From a virus (Duplodnaviria > Caudoviricetes), in IMG/VR virus record IMGVR_UViG_3300028380_000482, positions 43,564 to 107,563 of that record: a stretch of DNA of 64,000 nt. One strand, 5' to 3'. The notes below the pieces were generated by a model. That model saw nothing but the letters and a program-made list of their open reading frames with translations, made no database searches and was not told the origin of the DNA. Shown here piece after piece: positions 56,863 to 64,000 of this stretch. Numbering within the stretch: position 1 is the first letter of the stretch; each line of letters opens with the position of its first letter. The translations under genes and the position numbers were made by a program.

Positions 56863-57225
56863 TCACGACTCTTCAGACGGAAATGGGGACGGACCAAGAA
56901 GACCAGGATGATGATAGTTCTTTACGGATTTTGCCGGGCCGCGGTGCCAATTGCAGGAATAACAGACAGGCTCCACATTCAGGGGCTCATTATAATCTCG
57001 ATGGTCGTACACCTCAGCAGGGTTACCACAATCACAGCACGTAATACTTCCATCAAGCTTTGGTAACAGACCCTTCTTTTTTGCTCTATTCACTTTAGAG
57101 CTAGCATTTCCCCGTCGAACTTTTGCAGCTTTCATTTGCACATTTACAATGCAGAGTCGGCAATACTTGGGCCGCTTGACGCTCATCCCATACCCACGAT
57201 CTTCCCCACATAATAAGCACCTCAT
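56863..57225 (-). CDS. HNH-like Zn-finger endonuclease
   Basis: CCDCG...DHRDYNEPLNVEPVCYSCN. Confidence 0.7.
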   Translation of the reverse strand: MRCLLCGEDRGYGMSVKRPKYCRLCIVNVQMKAAKVRRGNASSKVNRAKKKGLLPKLDGSITCCDCGNPAEVYDHRDYNEPLNVEPVCYSCNWHRGPAKSVKNYHHPGLLGPSPFPSEES

Positions 57226-57350
57226 TTCGGCTTCTCCACGTTCCAGTAGGCTGACTTGCATTTTGGACAGATTCGGATTTCGGTTTTTCGCGGATGCCAT
57301 TCATAGGTACAACGGAGACATTTTAACGGCTTCGGTAATTGTATTTTCAT
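57222..57350 (-). CDS. Zn-ribbon microprotein (42 aa; absent from the ORF track)
   Basis: MKIQLPKPLKCLRCTYEWHPRKTEIRICPKCKSAYWNVEKPK; ATGA-coupled to the HNH gene. Confidence 0.7.
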   Translation of the reverse strand: MKIQLPKPLKCLRCTYEWHPRKTEIRICPKCKSAYWNVEKPK

Positions 57351-57388
57351 TCCTCATGTGTATACGTAAAAGGAATAAAAAGCAAGCA

Positions 57389-58795
57389 TTACTCTTCGGC
57401 GAGGTCCTCTTGCTCTGGGCGCGGAATTCCCAGTTCTTTTCCTACCCAGTTCAGCAGATCGGGGAACTGACCAACGACATCGAAGCCTGCCGAAGCAAGG
57501 GTATTCATCATCGTAGAAACCATCGTAAAATCACTCTTTGTCACTGCGCTATGTGCCAGCTTTGGCATGCGTGCGATGTCCATACCATTGAGGCGGAGAA
57601 GCCGAGGAATCAGATAGGAATTTACGATGCTCGTCGGTTCGTCGAGAATTGAATTTACAGCTTGTGAGAACAAGTCGGTCATGTTGGTAGACAGGGCATA
57701 TGAGCCTCTGGATTCCATTCCCAGGAACAACCATTGGGCTAACACACTTTGCGCAATGCTGTGTTGATACCGTGTGATCGCCTCCGCACTCCCCGCCGCA
57801 AACCCGCCGTCTCCTCCACCGGTCAACAGGGTGAGGTCATACATTTTGTTATTGCTCTTATCGTAGGCCAGTGGATAGACGATGCCCCGCTGCTCGTTCA
57901 TCCCGATTGAAGTCACCAGTTTCTCAAAGGCAGGCTTCTGTTTTCCGGCTTCCGTAGTGGGGTCAAGGGTAGCGGGTGGCACCCACGCAATCACGAGCCC
58001 CTCACAGTTGCGAGAGATACCAATAGCCTCCGCCGTTTGAATTCCTTTCAAGTACGCCCATGAAGGATAGGCAGAACGCAGTAAGGGTTTCCCTTCTGGG
58101 TTGTTCTTAGTGGTACGAAATCGATAGTGCAACGCTTTATCGATGGGAATGGTTCGTTCGCTCGCGCCGTAGATGGCCGACTGCCGAAAAGCGAGGACAT
58201 CGCCTTGCTCGGTCAAATCCCAGCGGAGCAGGGTATCTGCCGGACGTAAGGCGATCCGTCGTAAGCCAATCCGGTTATCGTCGAACTTGCTATTGCGGTT
58301 CGGGTCTTGTGGCTGGTCTCCCCCTCGCACCTTGTAGACGATCTCGTGATAGGCGAAGCCGTAGGACAGGTTGGCATCCATTGCGGCAACCACATGCTGA
58401 GGCCAGGCGTCTTCCATATCCTCGAATAGCACTTCCGAGATGAAGGTCGCTTGGTCTACGTCTGCTTGGAGGGTCTGGTCAAAGGGAACGATTTTCCATT
58501 GCACGCCTCTCACGAGTTGTTCTATAACGAAGAAGATAGCGCCTACCGTGTCGTTGTTCTCCCGGAACTCTTTCAATTTCTTGTAGCGTTGTGAGCCTTG
58601 CAGCTCCTTTATTATCTCCTCGAAGATTTGGCCGCCAAAATGACGAACGCCAGAAACGCCTAACTCTTCGAAGAGCTGTCTCCCTGATGTCCCCTCTTGC
58701 GGCGTATCGGGCGGTGTAGGGCCAGAAGGAGGTCCCCCCGGAGGAGGGGGCGAGGGAGGGACTGCCTTTAAAATTCGATTATTCCGACGTGCCAT
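57389..58795 (-). CDS. portal protein (DUF935-like)
   Basis: ELGVSG, YGFAYHEIVYK, NNPEGKPLLRSAY, IAQSVLAQWLFLG...GSYAL. Confidence 0.9.
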   Translation of the reverse strand: MARRNNRILKAVPPSPPPPGGPPSGPTPPDTPQEGTSGRQLFEELGVSGVRHFGGQIFEEIIKELQGSQRYKKLKEFRENNDTVGAIFFVIEQLVRGVQWKIVPFDQTLQADVDQATFISEVLFEDMEDAWPQHVVAAMDANLSYGFAYHEIVYKVRGGDQPQDPNRNSKFDDNRIGLRRIALRPADTLLRWDLTEQGDVLAFRQSAIYGASERTIPIDKALHYRFRTTKNNPEGKPLLRSAYPSWAYLKGIQTAEAIGISRNCEGLVIAWVPPATLDPTTEAGKQKPAFEKLVTSIGMNEQRGIVYPLAYDKSNNKMYDLTLLTGGGDGGFAAGSAEAITRYQHSIAQSVLAQWLFLGMESRGSYALSTNMTDLFSQAVNSILDEPTSIVNSYLIPRLLRLNGMDIARMPKLAHSAVTKSDFTMVSTMMNTLASAGFDVVGQFPDLLNWVGKELGIPRPEQEDLAEE

Positions 58796-58997
58796 GATCG
58801 TCCTTTGTGAGGGGGAAGATATTCAGGAGGTGGTTCGGACAGAGATAGGCAATGCGACCAGAGAGGGGCGGCTCGAACCACTGCCACCCTTCTGGCGCCA
58901 CAGGGAGGGGCGGCAGAATCCGTGCGTCGTGTTCGAATGTAGCGAGTGTCTCGATATGACACAGGTCACAGTGAAAAGTATAGGTGACTTTGAGCAT
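58779..58997 (-). CDS. small Zn-finger protein, paralogue 3
   Basis: CDLC...PEGW...LCPNH. Confidence 0.7.
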   Translation of the reverse strand: MLKVTYTFHCDLCHIETLATFEHDARILPPLPVAPEGWQWFEPPLSGRIAYLCPNHLLNIFPLTKDDHGTSE

Positions 58998-59008
58998 ATC
59001 ACACCATG

Positions 59009-59230
59009 TTAAGGAGTTTGCGCCAGCAACAGCAGCGTATCAACGTGCTTCGGACACAGATACACAAGGAACCGACTGCCCGACGCGTGCACGGGCGGAT
59101 CGAAACACGCCCACCCATCGGGAAGCGGAGGAGTCGGCGGAGGATCAGTGTGTCGAATACAGGCGAACCGCGCAGTGGCATGGGTATCGCACACATCACA
59201 GCCAAAGAGAAAAGCGACTTCAAGCATCAT
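59009..59230 (-). CDS. small Zn-finger protein, paralogue 2
   Basis: CDVC...PDGW...LCPKH. Confidence 0.7.
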   Translation of the reverse strand: MMLEVAFLFGCDVCDTHATARFACIRHTDPPPTPPLPDGWACFDPPVHASGSRFLVYLCPKHVDTLLLLAQTP

Positions 59231-59444
59231 TCTGTATTGTCTCAGGTGGGGCAAAGATATTAAAGAGATGCTTCTCGCACAACAGGAAGATATGTCCGCC
59301 TTCTACGGGGACAGGGGGAAAGAACGCCCGCCAGCCTACGGGCGGAGTAGGGACTGGAATAGGCCCGTGTCCATTGTACGCCAATCGAACATCCTGCCGT
59401 GCATCGCACCCGTCACACTCAAATACGTAGGCGGCTTTGAGCAT
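59220..59444 (-). CDS. small Zn-finger protein, paralogue 1
   Basis: CDGC...PVGW...LCEKH. Confidence 0.7.
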   Translation of the reverse strand: MLKAAYVFECDGCDARQDVRLAYNGHGPIPVPTPPVGWRAFFPPVPVEGGHIFLLCEKHLFNIFAPPETIQNDA

Positions 59445-59453
59445 TCCTCACCC

Positions 59454-61256
59454 TTACCCTACCGTCAGATTCCAGACGCTGGTCTTCTGCATCCCCTCCC
59501 CCTCGAAGGATGGAGCCACAACCACAGGCATGAGGAAGGGGGCCACAATCTCTGCCACCAGGTCGTAAATTTCGGCAAAGAAGTAATCGTCGCGGCCTGA
59601 GTTCCGTTCGGTCCAAATATAGTACCGCTCGCCTCGGCCTTCTTGTTCCACCCGAATCGGGCACGTCATCTCCTTATAGTATTTCCCGCTATCCAGGGTG
59701 TGCGCGTTACTGGGCAGGACGCACTTCTTCGTCGCGTAGACAGACGCCAGCCGGTCACAGATCATGGTCCGGTCAATACTCACCGTCTGTGTGACTTGGT
59801 CAATCTTCGTTTCGTGTCCTTTGCTAATGTCACTCCGGACAAACTGCGTCGCATACAGGAAGGGGATCTTCGCTTGCAGTTCTCGCACTTTGCGGGTCTC
59901 CGGGTTCAAGTCGATACACGCGGCTTTCACTGAGTAGCGATCGAATAAATCCCCCAGGTCGGAGAAGTCTAACACCTTGCCAATGAAGACGGCTTTCCGT
60001 TTCCCATCAGTATGGACCGAGATCCGCACATGCAGATAGCGTTTGCCCACGTCCACACCAGCAGTGACCACGCCGTTACTGAGGAGCGAGTCAGGCATGA
60101 GGTAGTCCGTTTCTTTGCACGCATTCAATACGTCTTCTGTGAGGCCTGCCCCTTCCGGTCGGTAGGGTAAGCCTAAGTCTGAGTTGTAACAGACCATCAA
60201 CTTAGACGCGTCGCCCTCAGCATCTGCAAACCCCTTCTCTTCGGGATTCGTCCACAGTTGAGAGAGCGGCGTCTTGGGATCTAACAATCGGTGTAAGAAG
60301 AATCCAGGCCGCAGAGAGTCAGGATTCTGCGGTTCCCATCGGCCTGTGGGCATCAGCGAGAATCGATCCTCCCACGGACTGCCACACTCACGACAGAAGA
60401 GGAAAATGTCTCGTCCTGATTCGATGTTCCAGTCTCGATCTAACAGCGTGACCTTCCCGCCTGATTCTTCGACCATGTTCGTAAAGAAGGAAATCGGCTG
60501 CCATTCGCCACAGGAAGGACAGGGGACCATCCATTCCCGTTGGTCTGACTTCTTGTATTCAGCATCGATGCCGTAGTCTGGGAGTGTAGGAGTGGAGACC
60601 TCAATCTTGTAGATTTCCCGACCTGCACCCTTTCCTGGGGTGTCGCCAAAACTGGACTTGAGACGATCATAGGCTAACTGAATGTTGTCTTGGTCACAGC
60701 GGTCATACTCGTCAATGATGACGTAGTCGGCAGGATACTCGATAAAGGACGAGGCGCTATTGGAACCGACGAACTTGAGTCCGCCTTTGCCGATGTGTTT
60801 GAGCACGCCAGAGTTGGAGCCTTCGGCTGAATGAATCAACTCGTTGTAAAAGGGGCTGGTGAGAATCGAGCGCCCAATGCGGTTCGCAACGAAAGTATAC
60901 ATCCCGCGTTCAATCGGCATCACATAGAGACCGTTCAATCCGCGTGAAGATAAGTGAAAGGCTTTCGCGGTGAGCCATTCCGTGACCCCGATTTGCGCCG
61001 ACTTGCGTACGACCATCGATTGCGCGGGACATTCGTATAACTGCACGAGCCACGGCAGATGAGTAAAGTCGAGCGGAACGCCTTTATGGGTACGATGGTA
61101 TTGTGCGGCCCAGGGAAAGAAGGCAGCGTTAGGAAGTGAGGTCTCCGTGGTCAGTTCCGTCAGGTAGCGCGAGACCTTGCGCTCGAAAACGCTGACTAAT
61201 GGCAAACTGAAGTCGAGTGAGTTGGCGTTGGTCCGTGATGACTTCGAGAATCGCAT
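59454..61256 (-). CDS. terL: terminase large subunit (lambda gpA-like); start uncertain
   Basis: RKSAQIGVTE (Walker A), VIIDEYD (Walker B), STPT, SDQREWMVPCPSCG, AGVDVG nuclease motif. Confidence 0.92.
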   Translation of the reverse strand: MRFSKSSRTNANSLDFSLPLVSVFERKVSRYLTELTTETSLPNAAFFPWAAQYHRTHKGVPLDFTHLPWLVQLYECPAQSMVVRKSAQIGVTEWLTAKAFHLSSRGLNGLYVMPIERGMYTFVANRIGRSILTSPFYNELIHSAEGSNSGVLKHIGKGGLKFVGSNSASSFIEYPADYVIIDEYDRCDQDNIQLAYDRLKSSFGDTPGKGAGREIYKIEVSTPTLPDYGIDAEYKKSDQREWMVPCPSCGEWQPISFFTNMVEESGGKVTLLDRDWNIESGRDIFLFCRECGSPWEDRFSLMPTGRWEPQNPDSLRPGFFLHRLLDPKTPLSQLWTNPEEKGFADAEGDASKLMVCYNSDLGLPYRPEGAGLTEDVLNACKETDYLMPDSLLSNGVVTAGVDVGKRYLHVRISVHTDGKRKAVFIGKVLDFSDLGDLFDRYSVKAACIDLNPETRKVRELQAKIPFLYATQFVRSDISKGHETKIDQVTQTVSIDRTMICDRLASVYATKKCVLPSNAHTLDSGKYYKEMTCPIRVEQEGRGERYYIWTERNSGRDDYFFAEIYDLVAEIVAPFLMPVVVAPSFEGEGMQKTSVWNLTVG

Positions 61257-61800
61257 CTTGGTGGACTTTCAAAAATAACACAAGCTGTTCGGCGGTCGCG
61301 ACCTGTCCCAATTCTAACGCTCGGCGGCGCTCACTTTCAATGAGGCGCTGCTTGCGATCAATCTGCTTGCTGGCTTCTTCCCACGCGAGGTAGTCCTGCG
61401 TCCCACGGGCAATGAGGGTATTCATGTCGGTGAGGGCAGTACGAATGCCGTCCTGATCTTGTTCCCGGAGGGCCGCCGTGAGGGCATGAAAGGCGGACTG
61501 TAACTGACGCCACAAATGGCCGGACTCACCAGAATCGACCCGCTTAATAAGATCGAGAATGCGGGTGTGAACAACCGAGACTTCATCGCGCAGTTCCAGC
61601 AAGTGAGGATCGAGGCGGGTGTGTTCGTAGTCGGCAACAAGACGGGTCGGCAGGTCGCGGGAGTATCGGCCTGTTTTGGTGGAGGGATGGGCGAAGCCAC
61701 GAGGGGTCTTGCCGCCATGCATATAGCAGGTTGGACGCCCAATCATGGCGTGACGGGTACATTGTTGCCCGGATCGTTTTGACTTCGCCGTACATTGCAT
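61129..61800 (-). CDS. terS: terminase small subunit-like protein
   Basis: CTAKSKRSGQQC...CYMHGG motif; TGRYS; directly upstream of terL. Confidence 0.75.
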   Translation of the reverse strand: MQCTAKSKRSGQQCTRHAMIGRPTCYMHGGKTPRGFAHPSTKTGRYSRDLPTRLVADYEHTRLDPHLLELRDEVSVVHTRILDLIKRVDSGESGHLWRQLQSAFHALTAALREQDQDGIRTALTDMNTLIARGTQDYLAWEEASKQIDRKQRLIESERRRALELGQVATAEQLVLFLKVHQDAILEVITDQRQLTRLQFAISQRFRAQGLALPDGTDHGDLTS

Positions 61801-61848
61801 AACCAACCAAGTACACTCTCTACACCAAGAGGGCTATAGCGAGGGATG

Positions 61849-63609
61849 CTACTCTGGCGAAGCAGGGGGGAGAAGGTCAGGCACCTCAATGGTGCCGAAC
61901 TCTTGAGGGATTGCTTTTACGTTGCCCCGGTAAAAGACAAGTACGTTTTGATGAGTCTTTCCTAATTTTCGGTAGCTCCCGAATTGGCGGCCAATGCGAA
62001 TAGGGAGCGAACCAACCGCCGTCACTAATATCGCCTCATTATAGAGGGTCATTCCGGCATCCTGAAACGCACGAATGGTTTCGCTGACAAAGTTTCGGTA
62101 ATAGCCATGTGAATCGCGGAAGTCACCGACGACGAAACAGGCAAATCGGTTGGGTTTCAACGAGGTGAGACTCTGAGCAATGATCTCTCGGTACTTCGCT
62201 AAGAATTGCTCGTAATCGAGGGTGCTCAAATCGCGGGGGTCATCGCTATAAACTTCTAAGTCACCGTAGGGGGGGCACGAGAAAATAAAGTCATATTCTC
62301 CAGGCGCAAGGGCTTGTGAGTCTCGGCTATCGCCGACAATCCAGTGCGGTCGGGGTGGCTCCTGAATCGTGCTGCCATGTTTAATGGCATCATTATCTAT
62401 GAGCTTTTGGTAGGTCAGTCTGCTCATGGGTGCAATAATATCGCCGCCTCCATCAGCAAAATGTTTACATATCCGTTCGGCCTCTGTGGAACCAAAGAGC
62501 AAATCAAGCGAAGCGCGAAAGGCCACATAGGCCGGGAGTTTATTGCCGTCATCGTAGCACTTCAGCAGTTTGTACCGATTTCTGACAATCAAGGTTCCGT
62601 TCTTATTGAGAGTAAAAGGCGAGGCGATACAGCCAAAGGGTTTATCGGGAGTATCATGCAGCCCACAGAGATCAGCCGTAGTTTTGAAAGGACATTTGTG
62701 ACAGCCAGGGAGAGGTTGTAAAAGCCCGTCGATAACCTGCCCTCCTTGAGATTCGATAGCCGGTTGCTCAGTCGGGTGAATAGTAATCAATGTTCCGGTG
62801 GTGCTCGTACTACTTTCGCAGCACGTAGCATGACAGGTCGTCCGAATATACTCAGGATCACAGCCGTTGAATCGGAGCCGTGCCATTGCCTCAGAAACTT
62901 TAACAGGAACAACCTCGTCTCCGGGACCGCGCGTCAAAATACGGTCTGCCTGTTGTTTATTGGCTGCTACTTGCTCGGGCCGAAGGTCAATGCCCGTGTA
63001 CTGATACCCAAGGATAGCGGCGACAATGCCACGGACACTGCCACCGGCAAACGGGTCAAGGATGCTCCCACCAGGGGGACAGAACCACTTATAAGCCAAC
63101 TCGCAGAGAACAGGGTCGAAGATCGAGGTTCCGGTTTGTGACTGTTCGTTGCCAGCGTCTTCGCTCGGAGCGAAGACGCTATTGATTGGCAGATTCCCCA
63201 TTGCTGGCTGCCGACCAGCCGCAAGATTCTTGCGGCTGGTGTCGTCGAGGTTCTCACGGGCGCCTTTGACCCAGGTCAGATTCTCTTGTTTTGATTGACG
63301 GCGATCGCCGTCAATCCGCAGTTCTTCGTTGGTATCTTGAATTCCCGCGTTTGCCATCCGTGATTTTTTATATTTGGCCTCAACGCCAACAGTGCGTGGC
63401 TCGGCCAACGCACTGTTGGCCCCCGTCCCACCAGGGGCGAGTTTATTGGTTTTCATCCGATGCTCACCGCGCATCAAATCTTGCCCGTGTCTTTGGGCAA
63501 GATTTGATGGTTTGGGATTTTTCATATGCAAGTCGCCCCTTGGGAACTTCCCATCTTTTCCCATCTTTGCCGCTGGCCATCGCCCCCCCCCTGGAATCGC
63601 TTTCGCCAT
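61849..63609 (-). CDS. DNA methyltransferase with an inserted YkgJ/FliB-like Cys-cluster domain
   Basis: SIFDPVLCE, ILDPFAGGSVRG, FIFSCPPY; insert of about 190 aa with C-x8-C-x3-CC and CPF...C.LH...KP..C..SPF. Confidence 0.85.
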   Translation of the reverse strand: MAKAIPGGGRWPAAKMGKDGKFPRGDLHMKNPKPSNLAQRHGQDLMRGEHRMKTNKLAPGGTGANSALAEPRTVGVEAKYKKSRMANAGIQDTNEELRIDGDRRQSKQENLTWVKGARENLDDTSRKNLAAGRQPAMGNLPINSVFAPSEDAGNEQSQTGTSIFDPVLCELAYKWFCPPGGSILDPFAGGSVRGIVAAILGYQYTGIDLRPEQVAANKQQADRILTRGPGDEVVPVKVSEAMARLRFNGCDPEYIRTTCHATCCESSTSTTGTLITIHPTEQPAIESQGGQVIDGLLQPLPGCHKCPFKTTADLCGLHDTPDKPFGCIASPFTLNKNGTLIVRNRYKLLKCYDDGNKLPAYVAFRASLDLLFGSTEAERICKHFADGGGDIIAPMSRLTYQKLIDNDAIKHGSTIQEPPRPHWIVGDSRDSQALAPGEYDFIFSCPPYGDLEVYSDDPRDLSTLDYEQFLAKYREIIAQSLTSLKPNRFACFVVGDFRDSHGYYRNFVSETIRAFQDAGMTLYNEAILVTAVGSLPIRIGRQFGSYRKLGKTHQNVLVFYRGNVKAIPQEFGTIEVPDLLPPASPE

Positions 63610-63834
63610 TTACAGTGCGTACCGTTCTTTAAGGGCGGCAATCCCCGCGTCAATCAGCGTTTGGGGATCACGACCGAGCTGCCGTTGAAAGTCAGGCCGG
63701 GTTGTGGCTTCCCAGGCGCGCATGATCGCCGTTTTATGTTCGCCTAACAGAGGAAACTTACTGGCAATCCGTAACACGCAAATCCAGTCTTGTTGTGAGG
63801 CCGCCTTTTTGAGGAGCGAGAGTTTAGTAACCAT
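63610..63834 (-). CDS. hypothetical protein, possibly leaderless
   Basis: ATG lies about 7 nt after the -10 box; abuts the methyltransferase gene. Confidence 0.65.
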   Translation of the reverse strand: MVTKLSLLKKAASQQDWICVLRIASKFPLLGEHKTAIMRAWEATTRPDFQRQLGRDPQTLIDAGIAALKERYAL

Positions 63835-63840
63835 GCCCTC

Positions 63841-63869
63841 AATATACAATAAGTTGCACCTATTGTCAA
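63841..63869 (-). promoter_or_regulatory. sigma70-like promoter with AGGTNCAAYTT spacer motif
   Basis: TTGACA-17-TATATT; AGGTGCAACTT in the spacer. Confidence 0.7.
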
Positions 63870-64000
63870 CTCTCTGTATATCTGCATATTGATTCTTTAT
63901 TGTACAAAAGCTCTCCCTGCTCCATCACCCCTCACCGTATGTCCGCTGTCGGTCAATTGGGCTGCCGGTCTCGGACTCCCTCCAGGTGCCCCCCCCCCCC

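Noticed and set aside
57305-57315. Additional AGGTACAAC operator copy
   Set aside because: It is a partial match inside a coding region, not in a promoter spacer, so probably chance.
62360-62925. Intein in the methyltransferase
   Set aside because: There is no N-terminal C/S splice block or terminal HN-C/S/T; the insert is a Cys-cluster domain.
1-64000. tRNA, rRNA, integrase or tail sheath genes
   Set aside because: None was recognised by eye; tRNAscan-SE/ARAGORN and HMM searches would be needed to exclude them formally.

Overview
The window is most of a tailed dsDNA phage genome. It has a tail tube and a 2005-aa tape measure but no sheath, so it is siphovirus-like. Positions 1-9.5 kb (+ strand) hold the end of an SF2 helicase, an HNH endonuclease, an N4/N6 DNA methyltransferase, a 21-bp hairpin-repeat array, secreted Gly/Asn-repeat paralogues and many small early or accessory genes. 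Positions 9.9-63.8 kb (- strand) form one long late arm, read from right to left: a second methyltransferase with an inserted Cys-cluster domain, terS/terL, three paralogous Zn-finger genes, portal, Mu-F-like protein, a moron cluster including a Tad1/Acb2-like protein, protease/scaffold, decoration protein, major capsid, neck, tail tube, frameshifted chaperone, tape measure, tail tip, about 19 kb of fibre/spike/adhesin genes and a GH19 lysis cassette. The most notable observations are: (1) five late-arm fibre/spike-like proteins with Sec-type signal peptides and paired cysteines; (2) a three-way-junction RNA motif with a covarying pseudoknot, present three times in 5' leaders; (3) two antisense homing endonucleases that duplicated host gene ends and carry stop-free antisense ORFs; (4) the methyltransferase with an internal YkgJ-like domain; (5) a shared operator-like motif in four promoters. 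All family calls are from motif recognition by eye; no searches were run.
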